In this document: positions 10,050-19,429 of the stretch, piece by piece
How positions within the stretch are numbered: position 1 is the stretch's first letter
Layout of the letters: every line of letters begins with the position of its first letter
Source: Escherichia phage EscoHU1
Sequence record: NC_133119.1
Direction: 5' to 3' (one strand)
DNA length: 64,000 nucleotides
Notes under the pieces: model-generated
Seen by the model: only the letters and a program-made list of their open reading frames with translations
Told to the model about the DNA's origin: nothing
Database searches by the model: none
Position numbers and translations under genes: made by a program

Positions 10050-10445
10050 GTAATTTCCAGACTGACAAGAGTCAATTATTTTTCCTAGAAATAACCGCCC
10101 TCCCTATAACCGCCCTGTATTAAACCGCCTATTGCTGGAGTTTCTAGGAACATGAAAACCGCCTGAGTTGGCGAGAGAAACAGATTTAAAGTTTAGTGTA
10201 AACTCTAGAGTTAGTGCTCAACTATTCCTAGAAACTTAGGAGTCTAGAGGAAAGTATTGTGCCATCCTAGCAGATGAGCGGCAACCGGTGTATCATCTTG
10301 AACACAAATATTGCCTTTAAATATTATAAGGTAAGTAAAAGTTAATATACCCCCATTTCATGAGAGTTAGCCCCTCTAGGCGCGTGCGATTTAGTACTAT
10401 CATTTTGGTTCTCGTGAGAAAGAACATATTCTAGAACCACTCCTG
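10021..10445. repeat. dispersed TTCTAGAAA-like palindromic motifs
   Basis: Copies near 10021, 10085, 10143, 10235, 10431. Confidence 0.35.
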
Positions 10446-10596
10446 ACGTCGGAACCTATCAATGTTTTTCTTTGAGAAATGCTATTATAATCTACGGCCT
10501 AGAGGTAAAAACAAGTTGATGTTTTTAATCTATGAGATTATTATAACACATTATTCTCACGAATGTCAAGCATATTTCGTTACTTTTAAATTTTTG

Positions 10597-11325
10597 TCAT
10601 GAGTTTGGAGTTGGGTAAATTTTTATGCAACCTTGACTTAATAGATATTCTTCTGCCTCCACAGCCTTAACGTTGAATATCTCTTTTGCTCCATCGAATT
10701 TATAATGGTTAGCAAATTTGTTCTCGAAGAATTTATGTGCTTGATGCTCTAGTTTATAAGCAAGTTCTTTCGATCCTTTCTTATATTGATAGATACCAAA
10801 TACTTCCATATCTTCGAAACCAGGCACACGCAGTTTATCATACTCTAGATTCTTAAACCTTTGATGTGGCTCTCTAGAAACTCCAATCTTTGTCTTTAAT
10901 TTCTTCCTAGACTGATCTTTATTAGAGAAAATATAGAGATATGTAGGAAACTGAACATCCTCTTCTATTTCAGGTTTCTCTATAGGTGTGTTGAGGTTGC
11001 TTTCTCTAGCACATTGTAAACAGCCGTGCCCCTCTAAGTGGGATCTAGCAGTTTGCATAAAATAACCTTTATGCTTGTAACACCATATCTCTACTAGTTG
11101 GGTGGCTGTTTTATACTTAACTCTTTCGTACCCATATTCTTCTTTCTGGACTTTCAAAGCTTTCTTAATAAAGATAAGGTTTAATGCTTCTTGCTGGAAG
11201 TCTGGGTGAAGTTGTCTAATCTTTGTTATATTGGTAGAACCATTTGACTTCAAAAAGTTTTTAAGAGGAAACTTCCTGGCTTCCTCTCGTAGCTTTTCAT
11301 TTATCTCACTGCGTAAATCATCCAT
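10597..11325 (-). CDS. GIY-YIG-like (T5orf172-type) domain protein with N-terminal Cys/His motif
   Basis: 242 aa ORF; PTYLYIFSNKD...KIGVS resembles GIY-YIG/T5orf172 core; HLEGHGCLQCA. Confidence 0.45.
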   Translation of the reverse strand: MDDLRSEINEKLREEARKFPLKNFLKSNGSTNITKIRQLHPDFQQEALNLIFIKKALKVQKEEYGYERVKYKTATQLVEIWCYKHKGYFMQTARSHLEGHGCLQCARESNLNTPIEKPEIEEDVQFPTYLYIFSNKDQSRKKLKTKIGVSREPHQRFKNLEYDKLRVPGFEDMEVFGIYQYKKGSKELAYKLEHQAHKFFENKFANHYKFDGAKEIFNVKAVEAEEYLLSQGCIKIYPTPNS

Positions 11326-12043
11326 CTTTATTAACCTTTAGAATAACTCCTTTTGATGTCATGAAAAGGAATGTCGCTAAATAAGACGCTTCAGAGTTAA
11401 GGGAGGAATAATCCACATTTCCCCTAGGTCTAGTATCTTGTTCAGAGTCAAGAATTGTTGATACATCAAACTTAACAGACTTCGCAATTATTAGGGCTTG
11501 ATCTTGATCACGTAAGATCTCATAATGAGCTGCTAGCAGTGTTGGAGTAGCCTCAACATTGCTATCGATTATACTTAAGTGTAATTGTGCAAGTGTAGAT
11601 ACTATTCCTAGCTTTAGCTCAGACAATGATGAATATGGAGCTGCTGTGAACTTTTGAAGTCTAGGAAGATGGTCATACTCACATTTCTTCGGTGGGATCA
11701 TTAAGATGTTAGGATAACATTCTAATGCTGTCTTTGCTGATCCTTCCTTAAAACGTGGGAGTTCTATATCTGCAAATACATGATATGAATTAGCCGAGAA
11801 TCCTTTAATAGTTGGATCTACTGTTTGGATTAGGCGACGTAAACTTATGTAAGAAGCTGCTAAGGTAACTTCTTCGCAATCTTTATTATACTTAGGCTGT
11901 CCACTGGCGTCTAAGTATGCTGGATAAAATTCTGAACAAAATGCTACTGCATGGGCTTCTAATTCATTAAGTTCAGAGACACGTTTGCCGTTACAGCCCT
12001 TTGCGAGGCTGATAATTTCTGCTAAGTTCTTTTTAATACTCAT
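11318..12043 (-). CDS. hypothetical protein
   Basis: 241 aa ORF, 8-nt overlap with downstream gene. Confidence 0.5.
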   Translation of the reverse strand: MSIKKNLAEIISLAKGCNGKRVSELNELEAHAVAFCSEFYPAYLDASGQPKYNKDCEEVTLAASYISLRRLIQTVDPTIKGFSANSYHVFADIELPRFKEGSAKTALECYPNILMIPPKKCEYDHLPRLQKFTAAPYSSLSELKLGIVSTLAQLHLSIIDSNVEATPTLLAAHYEILRDQDQALIIAKSVKFDVSTILDSEQDTRPRGNVDYSSLNSEASYLATFLFMTSKGVILKVNKDG

Positions 12044-12651
12044 TAACGACCTCTACCAGCTTTATCTGCATCAATAGCTTCGAACACTTTCGTTAACATT
12101 TCTTCAAGCTCTCCTTCTTTGCTAGGATTGCTCAAACGGATAGTGTATGAATTCCTAGAAACTCCGGAGTCTTCTTGTGCTCCGCGATCTTTTGCAAAGC
12201 TCATCATTGCAACGCCAGCTTTATTACACTCGTCTACGCTAGATGCTTCCCCAAACTTATATGATTGTGTATTGCTTACCACGCCACCACAAGGAACATT
12301 GTGCAAATCCGACATTAATCTTTTATCAGAATTAGTCAGAGCAGTAATATGCCAAGGATCAGTACGAGGAATAGTTGTAGTACTCGGGCGGTTCACCTCA
12401 GTCTTCACAAGTTTGTATCCAGCATCGATTAGTGCATTAATCAGATTATCAGCTGGGATGCGAGCCGTGCCGAAGATCTTACGAGCATTCATGAGCTTAG
12501 CCTGAAACTCTTTACAAGCCTGAATATCAATGTGCAAAAACGACAGTTGCATAGATTTAAACTGTACTGTAGCAGTCAGATCTTTAAAGCTGTAATCCCA
12601 TGTATCAAGTTCATGATCTGCAACTACTTTAATGGTTTGTTGTGTAAACAT
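12043..12651 (-). CDS. hypothetical protein (iteron-like 14-mers inside coding sequence)
   Basis: 202 aa ORF; GTGCAAATCCGACA at 12301 and variant at 12532. Confidence 0.5.
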   Translation of the reverse strand: MFTQQTIKVVADHELDTWDYSFKDLTATVQFKSMQLSFLHIDIQACKEFQAKLMNARKIFGTARIPADNLINALIDAGYKLVKTEVNRPSTTTIPRTDPWHITALTNSDKRLMSDLHNVPCGGVVSNTQSYKFGEASSVDECNKAGVAMMSFAKDRGAQEDSGVSRNSYTIRLSNPSKEGELEEMLTKVFEAIDADKAGRGR

Positions 12652-12836
12652 TATCTATTCTCCGGTTTATCTAATAGCTTACGAGCTGCGATATTATGTT
12701 GTTTAATTTCTCGGTTAAGAATCTCATTCTCACTATTCAATTCTAGATTCTTAACATTGAGGCGACTGCATACAATTATCAAGCCTAGAATGGTTAAGAG
12801 TGAGCCACCTAGTAATACAAGAAGTAGTGTTTCCAT
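12651..12836 (-). CDS. small membrane protein
   Basis: 61 aa ORF with N-terminal TM segment. Confidence 0.35.
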   Translation of the reverse strand: METLLLVLLGGSLLTILGLIIVCSRLNVKNLELNSENEILNREIKQHNIAARKLLDKPENR

Positions 12837-12866
12837 AGCTTATCCCTTATTTTAGTATACACGAAA

Positions 12867-12890
12867 GGCCAGAACAATTAAGTCCTGGCC
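12867..12890 (-). terminator. hairpin GGCCAG-loop-CTGGCC after gene stop
   Basis: Inverted repeat; weak T-run. Confidence 0.35.
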
Positions 12891-12897
12891 TCTAGGA

Positions 12898-13281
12898 TTA
12901 GTGAAGTTGCTTGCCGTTTAAGGCCATATCAGCAGTTTCCAGAAGAGATTCGGTAATCTCACGAGAAACTAGATATTCATCAATTGAGTGGCGGCGTTTA
13001 AAGGCATAAGCATTAACAATCAGATCTAGAGCACCAAGAACATCATGAACAGTTACTTCTTCATCATTATCTAGCTCTTCTTGGGTAATCTCGATTAACT
13101 GGCCAACTGCCATTAAAAGCCCAAGAATATCTGCTGTTTCACTTGCCACCAGCGGATTAGCACATCCTACTGTAAGATCGAAAGCATGATTGACAATTGA
13201 CTGCCCATCAACGCTTCCTTCCTCAATCTGCTTCTCCAACTGCTTCATCTGCTCTAGCACTGGATTTTTCTTTTGTGTCAT
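12898..13281 (-). CDS. hypothetical protein
   Basis: Start moved to internal Met (MTQKKNPV) to reduce overlap. Confidence 0.45.
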   Translation of the reverse strand: MTQKKNPVLEQMKQLEKQIEEGSVDGQSIVNHAFDLTVGCANPLVASETADILGLLMAVGQLIEITQEELDNDEEVTVHDVLGALDLIVNAYAFKRRHSIDEYLVSREITESLLETADMALNGKQLH

Positions 13282-13690
13282 GGTAAAGATTTCCTGTATC
13301 AGTGGGAAGGAATGCCGATTGTGCCTTCGGCGGATGTTGTTTAGCAATCCAGTTGAGGATCAGTACACGGCTAGGAACGATATCGGTGTTATACCAGAAG
13401 TCATGAACCCAATGTCGTGCATCTTCGAACTTACCGAACTTATACGCTTTCTTAAACAGTTCAAAACCAAAACAATCAGGTGCAAAATCTACATCACGAT
13501 AAGGAATTACCTTAGAACCGGTGAGATCTTGAATCGCTGCGTTAATCTCTGTATGTGAGAACTTCGTCTCATGGAAAGTATTAAAGAAGCGGTAGTTAAA
13601 ACGTCCGTTCGTTTCGACAAACAACTGGATGAATAAATCATTAAATTGGCCATCAAACCAGTAATTCTGTAATCTTTGCAGTGCTGTCAT
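13223..13690 (-). CDS. hypothetical protein
   Basis: 155 aa ORF. Confidence 0.5.
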   Translation of the reverse strand: MTALQRLQNYWFDGQFNDLFIQLFVETNGRFNYRFFNTFHETKFSHTEINAAIQDLTGSKVIPYRDVDFAPDCFGFELFKKAYKFGKFEDARHWVHDFWYNTDIVPSRVLILNWIAKQHPPKAQSAFLPTDTGNLYHDTKEKSSARADEAVGEAD

Positions 13691-13887
13691 TTACGAACTC
13701 CATTTATTGCTGCGATAACGCCTTCATACATGAAAGGAAGAACTTGTGAAATGTGGAAATCTTGAACTGTCCAACCAGCTTCTTGGTACATAATGTTAAT
13801 GATTGCACAACTTAACATAAAGGCTGGTAGAACTATAAAGTAATCCCACGTTGCTTTCTGCAAGTTAGGGTTATAAAAATTAATCAT
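13687..13887 (-). CDS. small membrane protein
   Basis: 66 aa ORF. Confidence 0.4.
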   Translation of the reverse strand: MINFYNPNLQKATWDYFIVLPAFMLSCAIINIMYQEAGWTVQDFHISQVLPFMYEGVIAAINGVRK

Positions 13888-13987
13888 CTATTTTTAAGTC
13901 TCCGTATTACTTTGGCCTGCTCAACGATTATGAAAACGGCAACCACTAAACCGAAGATTAGGATTGCCGTAACAGTTGTTAAATCAA

Positions 13988-14320
13988 TCAAGGTAGACGC
14001 CAAACGTAATGGGCTGTCCAAAGTGTTTCTGGTTCATCGTCATGATGCATCACTAGGGACTCTGGAGAATAACTATTAGCCAGTTCTTTACGAACCATTT
14101 CACGTTCTTCACCAGTTTCAATATTTTTAACAATCACTTTCATATTAAGAGGGGTTAGCTCAGAAAGCGGTCGCCATAAGTCTTCCAGATCTGTTTTAGT
14201 TTTATTCTGGATGGATTGCAGGACTTCTAGTGTCTGTGGGTCTACGTTAATAAACCCACGTTCAGTAACAAAACCTAGAAACTCGTCCAGCAGGGTTAGT
14301 TCACTAAAATTAAGCTTCAT
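13988..14320 (-). CDS. hypothetical protein
   Basis: 110 aa ORF. Confidence 0.5.
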   Translation of the reverse strand: MKLNFSELTLLDEFLGFVTERGFINVDPQTLEVLQSIQNKTKTDLEDLWRPLSELTPLNMKVIVKNIETGEEREMVRKELANSYSPESLVMHHDDEPETLWTAHYVWRLP

Positions 14321-14555
14321 CTTTCAGAATATCCTCGATCATGTCAGAAGATTGCTGTAGTTCGTCTACAATGTGTTTAACGTCAGTTTTTGTTACTTTA
14401 CCGGCCAACATCGTGAACAGCATAGCAACGATGATGATTGGAACTGGCAGAACAAACAGTGCTACTTTACCAACGTTCTTTGGAGTCCAGGTGTGATACT
14501 TAGTAACCAGAATACCAACAATAACCAGATAAAAAGCTAAGATAATTAACATCAT
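14310..14555 (-). CDS. membrane protein
   Basis: 81 aa ORF, two TM segments. Confidence 0.45.
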   Translation of the reverse strand: MMLIILAFYLVIVGILVTKYHTWTPKNVGKVALFVLPVPIIIVAMLFTMLAGKVTKTDVKHIVDELQQSSDMIEDILKDEA

Positions 14556-14833
14556 TTCTTAATCTCCGTGATTACCTGAGCGCGCAGGACTTTAATAGGA
14601 AGTTTAGTGTTACCAACAAGAGTTTCAATATTCGTTAGCTTTTCTTTAAGGAGATCTGAGCGTCTTTGCGTGTCCTCGATATCTTTTTCAGCAGCTATAT
14701 ATTTTTCCCAAAGCGCATTGTTGGTGGCCTTCATTGCTTCCATATTTTTATTAGCATTAAGAATGCCAATGATTCCACCAATTGCTGCTAAAGTAGTGAG
14801 AACCAGCAATCCAATTAAAATTTCTGTAATCAT
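14552..14833 (-). CDS. membrane-anchored coiled-coil protein
   Basis: 93 aa ORF. Confidence 0.45.
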   Translation of the reverse strand: MITEILIGLLVLTTLAAIGGIIGILNANKNMEAMKATNNALWEKYIAAEKDIEDTQRRSDLLKEKLTNIETLVGNTKLPIKVLRAQVITEIKK

Positions 14834-15228
14834 TTAAATACTCCGTTGCCACATTCAATATATGGGCTTATAGTTCTATAAAACGTGATTTTTTCTAAAG
14901 ATTGGTCAATTGATTTACAAAATCTTTTGGCCTCTTCAATTTGATGCTTTATTTCTTCCAAGTCTTTCATAACGTGTGCATCTTTTACTTCAGCACCGGA
15001 ATATTTTGAGAGAGCTATATCAAACTCTGCTTGATTAAGCACAAGGTTTGCTTCTGCGAGCATTTTATTACGTTTTGCTTGTTCTTTGATTTCCGGGCTA
15101 ATGTACACTTGTTCAAGAGCTTCTTTCTTCTCATGCTGATTAAGCATGATGTCACTAACACCGAGTGTGATAGCTAGAGAGACTAGGGCATTCAGCCCTA
15201 GTACAAGTAAGAATTTTCCATTAGTCAT
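14830..15228 (-). CDS. membrane-anchored protein
   Basis: 132 aa ORF. Confidence 0.45.
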   Translation of the reverse strand: MTNGKFLLVLGLNALVSLAITLGVSDIMLNQHEKKEALEQVYISPEIKEQAKRNKMLAEANLVLNQAEFDIALSKYSGAEVKDAHVMKDLEEIKHQIEEAKRFCKSIDQSLEKITFYRTISPYIECGNGVFK

Positions 15229-15497
15229 TATTTCTTACCTTTCAGTTGCTTAACTTCACGCTCAAAAGATGCTGCACGACGTTCGGCAGTTGCTTGATGC
15301 TCTTTCGCAAAACGTGCTTCCTGTTTTGCGAGGTTGAATGCCATAGCATTCTTGTTCAGAGAATCGTACATCTTTTTCATTGCCGGAATAGACATCTTCA
15401 TGAGCTGACCTTCAAAACCCTGCATATCGAGGAGAATTGCCAGAACGTTAGCCATTTCAGTTTTAGTCATGTTTTCCATTAGAATTTCCTCTCTCAT
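15228..15497 (-). CDS. hypothetical protein
   Basis: 89 aa ORF, first gene after promoter. Confidence 0.5.
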   Translation of the reverse strand: MREEILMENMTKTEMANVLAILLDMQGFEGQLMKMSIPAMKKMYDSLNKNAMAFNLAKQEARFAKEHQATAERRAASFEREVKQLKGKK

Positions 15498-15511
15498 TAA
15501 TTTATGAACTT

Positions 15512-15540
15512 ATTATACAGAATTTTAAAGCTAAAAGCAA
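15512..15540 (-). promoter_or_regulatory. early sigma70 promoter (-35 TTGCTT, 17 bp, -10 TATAAT)
   Basis: Hexamers read on minus strand; A-rich upstream; RBS and ATG downstream. Confidence 0.7.
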
Positions 15541-15557
15541 CTGAATTTTTTATTTAC

Positions 15558-15989
15558 TTACCAATCGTTAACGAAACCTGAGAACTCAGAAGCAAATACT
15601 AACTCAAATTTCTCAGCAATTTCAGGATGATCCTTACAGATCAGTTCGATGCACTTCTCAGGTTCCATACCATCTTCTTCAGGATCACCGTAATACTTGT
15701 CCCAAAGATCATCAGGAATAACTTGCTCAGCTAGATCTTGGAAGTTCACTAACTGATAGCGTGGAGTATCCTCATTAATAAAGATCTCATGCAATTCCTC
15801 AGATACTTCTCCCTTATAATCGGAAATTAGCAGAGCATTGCAAGCAAAACATTCCCACATCATCAAACGCTCAGAAATCGGGTTCGATTTGTCTTGAACA
15901 TAGGACTGAAAGACTGCCTTAAAAGTAGATTTAACTTGCTCAAACTTATCTGCTGTTGCGATTAAAAGTGCTTTATCAATCTTTTGCAT
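15558..15989 (-). CDS. hypothetical protein
   Basis: 143 aa ORF. Confidence 0.5.
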   Translation of the reverse strand: MQKIDKALLIATADKFEQVKSTFKAVFQSYVQDKSNPISERLMMWECFACNALLISDYKGEVSEELHEIFINEDTPRYQLVNFQDLAEQVIPDDLWDKYYGDPEEDGMEPEKCIELICKDHPEIAEKFELVFASEFSGFVNDW

Positions 15990-16019
15990 TTTGATTCCTT
16001 CTCATCAATTTATAAAGTA

Positions 16020-16048
16020 ATTATACAGAAAACTAAGCATTTTAGCAA
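16020..16048 (-). promoter_or_regulatory. early sigma70 promoter (-35 TTGCTA, -10 TATAAT)
   Basis: 17-bp spacer. Confidence 0.7.
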
Positions 16049-16150
16049 ATGAAGTTTTAAAATAAAAGGCCTAAGCCTAGGCCCGTAAAGAAAGAGATAA
16101 GAACTACTATCCCTATTGCTATAAATATCTCACGAGCCATGCCATCAAAA

Positions 16151-16741
16151 TCAAACATTGATATCTCCTCTCAATACCGCTGCCACATCTTCATCGATTT
16201 GGAGTACTTCACCAGTAGTGCAGTTAACCACTTTATCATAGCTTGTGAATTTGCCAGACACAATATCCTCTAGAGGAATAGGAGTCTTGCTCATCTCAAA
16301 AGAGACGTTGATATAACGTGGGTCACGCACAGAATTAGTGTGCACATGTCCGTGAATGTTTAGCCTACCACGAAGTTCTGCTTCGTGCAATGGACAATGT
16401 GACAGCCAAAACTTCTTGCCACCACCTGTTTGCTTACCTAGAGCCTGAATATCATCATAAACGTCTACAAGATCTTTAATATGCAGACCCTGACGCTCAG
16501 CATCGTGGTTTCCCATAATTAGTTGGTTAGGCACGTTGTGGATAACCGACTTCAACTTGGCCAACCCTTCTCGCCCCACGGCACTATCTCCTAGCAGCAC
16601 AAGTTTTGTACGCTTGCCAATGTGCTTGGACAAAGTATCTAGGATATACTCATCGTGCTCTTTCATGTTCTTAAACCAGGGGCGAAAACGAAGAATCCCT
16701 GGGTGGTCTAAGTGGAGTTCACTCCAGAATTTAACTTTCAT
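16151..16741 (-). CDS. calcineurin-like metallophosphoesterase
   Basis: 196 aa; GDSAVG, GNHD, HGHVH motifs. Confidence 0.65.
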   Translation of the reverse strand: MKVKFWSELHLDHPGILRFRPWFKNMKEHDEYILDTLSKHIGKRTKLVLLGDSAVGREGLAKLKSVIHNVPNQLIMGNHDAERQGLHIKDLVDVYDDIQALGKQTGGGKKFWLSHCPLHEAELRGRLNIHGHVHTNSVRDPRYINVSFEMSKTPIPLEDIVSGKFTSYDKVVNCTTGEVLQIDEDVAAVLRGDINV

Positions 16742-16947
16742 TATTTATTCCTTACACATGTGGATGTAATAGTATAACTATCGTAGAATATACCTTTTGT
16801 GAGTCCAATTTGAATACTGGAATAATCTAGCTCACCTCCAGCTACATCACATAAGTGTTTTGTATCTTCTGCAGTAAATCTCATATTATCGTCGTAGGAA
16901 TCACATCCAGCTAGTATTAGTACTGATAATAGTAGTAATCTCTTCAT
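16741..16947 (-). CDS. putative lipoprotein
   Basis: 68 aa; signal peptide with LAGC lipobox. Confidence 0.5.
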   Translation of the reverse strand: MKRLLLLSVLILAGCDSYDDNMRFTAEDTKHLCDVAGGELDYSSIQIGLTKGIFYDSYTITSTCVRNK

Positions 16948-17315
16948 TACAGAACTTCCTCCGCATATTTATTCCAACCCTGACAATAACTACTAATACC
17001 ACGAAGTTTGAATATTTCATCATAAACCTCATGGTGCTCTTTCGCTTCTTGGTAGCCTTTGTCAACCTCTTCCTGTCGTGCTTGTTCAAATTCAACACGA
17101 TTCTCTAGCATCTTCCAGACTTCTTCGTACTCTGGCCAATCATGCTCTACTACGACTGTTTTAAGATCCTCTTTACCACGTTGTGCTCGACTATACCATA
17201 GTTTGGACAAGATATGCTCCAAAGTAGTAAAGTTACTTTGAGTGATATGCCCTAATTCTATGGCTTTCTCAATATCAGATAGCTTTATAACTACATAACG
17301 TTCTTCACGTTCCAT
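16947..17315 (-). CDS. hypothetical protein
   Basis: 122 aa ORF. Confidence 0.5.
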   Translation of the reverse strand: MEREERYVVIKLSDIEKAIELGHITQSNFTTLEHILSKLWYSRAQRGKEDLKTVVVEHDWPEYEEVWKMLENRVEFEQARQEEVDKGYQEAKEHHEVYDEIFKLRGISSYCQGWNKYAEEVL

Positions 17316-18193
17316 TATAGAATCCTCTGTACACCACAGCTATCATTTTTATCTGTGGTAAATGTCATGATTTTACCGGCTTCATCATTAAGTTGCGCAA
17401 CCGTCAACTGCCCGTTGAAAACACCGCCAGTATCGAGATAAACACGGTTCTTGTACAGAATTGGGTAAGGAACACCAGTGTGACCATGGAATACGAAATC
17501 TACACTTTCAACTTCTGGCACTTCCACAGTCAGTTCATCTTTAAATCCTGCATAACGCTGGAAATAGGGGTGCTCTGCACCTTGCTTAGACAGATGAAAA
17601 CCAATTTCCTGAATTACATCACGATCCCATAGATATGGCTCAATGTAATAACTAGGATGATCATTAGGATCATTTTCACTTGCAGCGATATGATCAATAA
17701 TATCGTCCCAATTAGGTGTATGTACATCTAATCCCGCATCTTTATATCGGAATGGTATTCCACCATGAACAACACCATATTTCTTGCCACGATGGAGTAC
17801 AGTCATGAATACTGGCATTTTAACTGCCATATCTTCTGCGATACCTTTAATTGTATCGGTATCCAGATCATTCATTGCCCACATTCCACCATTATACATC
17901 CAGTTGGCATAATCCCCGGCAATCATAAACTGATCATGGTTGCCACGAACGCTACGGAAGCGTGGGTTATATAAGAATTTGGCTAGAACCTGTAAGTTCT
18001 GCGGGCCACGGTCAATTAAGTCGCCAACACAGACAACATAGTCACGCTTTTCTTTATATCCTGCTAGTTTAAGAGCATCTTCCAGCATATCATTACAGCC
18101 GTGAATATCTCCTACGAAGAACAGGTTAACATCGTCTGGTACTACTAACATTTCGTGCAGGTTAAATTCTTTTTTCATTATCGAGTCATCCAA
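17315..18193 (-). CDS. Ser/Thr protein phosphatase (PPP family)
   Basis: 292 aa; GDIHG, GDLIDRG, GNHD motifs. Confidence 0.8.
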   Translation of the reverse strand: MDDSIMKKEFNLHEMLVVPDDVNLFFVGDIHGCNDMLEDALKLAGYKEKRDYVVCVGDLIDRGPQNLQVLAKFLYNPRFRSVRGNHDQFMIAGDYANWMYNGGMWAMNDLDTDTIKGIAEDMAVKMPVFMTVLHRGKKYGVVHGGIPFRYKDAGLDVHTPNWDDIIDHIAASENDPNDHPSYYIEPYLWDRDVIQEIGFHLSKQGAEHPYFQRYAGFKDELTVEVPEVESVDFVFHGHTGVPYPILYKNRVYLDTGGVFNGQLTVAQLNDEAGKIMTFTTDKNDSCGVQRIL

Positions 18194-18558
18194 TTAGTGT
18201 GTTTTTCAGCTTCTGTATCATTTGGCTCAAAGACAACGTGACAGTCTACTGCTTCCCAGAAAGATTGACGGATGATAGCATTTTGTTCTGCAATATCCAA
18301 TTCTTCCCATTCTTCAAGTGTTTCTAAATCTGTATCAACTTCGGTATCACAGCCCACCAGCCCCAAAGTAACAACAATAGTAACACGGCCTTCACGTTCT
18401 TCGGGATAAGCCTCAGCATATTCCCAAGCAGCCTGTTCAACATAGTATTCTTGCTCCGATTTAGACAAAGAGTTATACTTTTCTTCTGTGATTCCCATCT
18501 CTACAGCTCGAGTACCACAGACCACGTTGTTATGTATTATAAGATATGCGTAATTCAA
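18178..18558 (-). CDS. hypothetical acidic protein
   Basis: 126 aa ORF. Confidence 0.5.
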   Translation of the reverse strand: MNYAYLIIHNNVVCGTRAVEMGITEEKYNSLSKSEQEYYVEQAAWEYAEAYPEEREGRVTIVVTLGLVGCDTEVDTDLETLEEWEELDIAEQNAIIRQSFWEAVDCHVVFEPNDTEAEKHTNWMTR

Positions 18559-18589
18559 TGTGATACTCCTCTCATCAATTTATACATAT

Positions 18590-18618
18590 ATTATATCAAA
18601 ATTTTTAGCAGAAAGCAA
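18590..18618 (-). promoter_or_regulatory. early sigma70 promoter (-35 TTGCTT, -10 TATAAT)
   Basis: 17-bp spacer. Confidence 0.7.
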
Positions 18619-18628
18619 GTAATAAAAA

Positions 18629-18652
18629 ACCCAGATCAGCTAAGATCTGGGT
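18629..18652 (-). terminator. rho-independent terminator
   Basis: ACCCAGATC-loop-GATCTGGGT then T-run on minus strand. Confidence 0.55.
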
Positions 18653-18660
18653 TAGATTTA

Positions 18661-18951
18661 TTAATCTTCTGGATTATCTTCCAGGAAGTTTTTGATTGCA
18701 TCGTGCATAGTTTCTTTACGGAGCTGACGACCAATCAGAATGTGGTTGGCTTCCACACGACCATTAGGGAGACGATCTGCTAGAACTACTACAGGAACCT
18801 GACGAACGCCAAATTTCTGCATAAGTTCTGTGTTATCAGTCTCTTTATGAACTTCTAGACTGTAGTCCTGTACTACTTTATCAAATACAGGCTCGAACAT
18901 TTTGCACGGATTGCAGGTAGATCCCTTTAATAGATATACTAATTTACTCAT
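18661..18951 (-). CDS. thioredoxin/glutaredoxin-like protein (CxxC)
   Basis: 96 aa; CNPC motif near N-terminus. Confidence 0.5.
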   Translation of the reverse strand: MSKLVYLLKGSTCNPCKMFEPVFDKVVQDYSLEVHKETDNTELMQKFGVRQVPVVVLADRLPNGRVEANHILIGRQLRKETMHDAIKNFLEDNPED

Positions 18952-19354
18952 GTTTATTAATGGCCTCCAAAAATGCCTTCATCACTTTAACAGTTGCAGT
19001 GCTAAGATCTAAGGTAGCACCTAAGCACTCAGATACAGCAGCCTGATAAGGGGCTTTTAGCCTGCCTTCCGGTACTTGTACTTTCTTATAGGTTTTCTTT
19101 TTGACTTTATCCAGCATCGTTTCAAGAACATTGAGAGGCAACTTCTGACCTTCAATATTCACGCCAAGCTCTTCCATTAGCATGGTATTTAAGTCAATAC
19201 GAGTAAGTTTCTTGCCCTTGCTAGACATACGAATTCCCGCCTTTTTCTCAAGTTTTGCACGCTCTGGTGAATCGAGGTCACGTAATGCGATGTTCAATTC
19301 ATACGGAGCCATATTGTAATGGTTAGCCATCTGAGTATAGTAACGATCTGACAT
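18944..19354 (-). CDS. hypothetical protein
   Basis: 136 aa ORF. Confidence 0.5.
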   Translation of the reverse strand: MSDRYYTQMANHYNMAPYELNIALRDLDSPERAKLEKKAGIRMSSKGKKLTRIDLNTMLMEELGVNIEGQKLPLNVLETMLDKVKKKTYKKVQVPEGRLKAPYQAAVSECLGATLDLSTATVKVMKAFLEAINKHE

Positions 19355-19397
19355 TTGTGAAACTCCTCTGATTCAATTTATACAAATATTATATAAA

Positions 19398-19426
19398 AAT
19401 TTCAGCGGAAAGTCAACTACTTTTTT
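19398..19426 (-). promoter_or_regulatory. early sigma70 promoter (-35 TTGACT, -10 TATAAT)
   Basis: 17-bp spacer. Confidence 0.7.
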
Positions 19427-19429
19427 ATA

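Noticed and set aside
12119-12855. Plus-strand ORFs of 128 and 107 aa
   Set aside because: Antisense to the translationally coupled minus-strand genes; no RBS.
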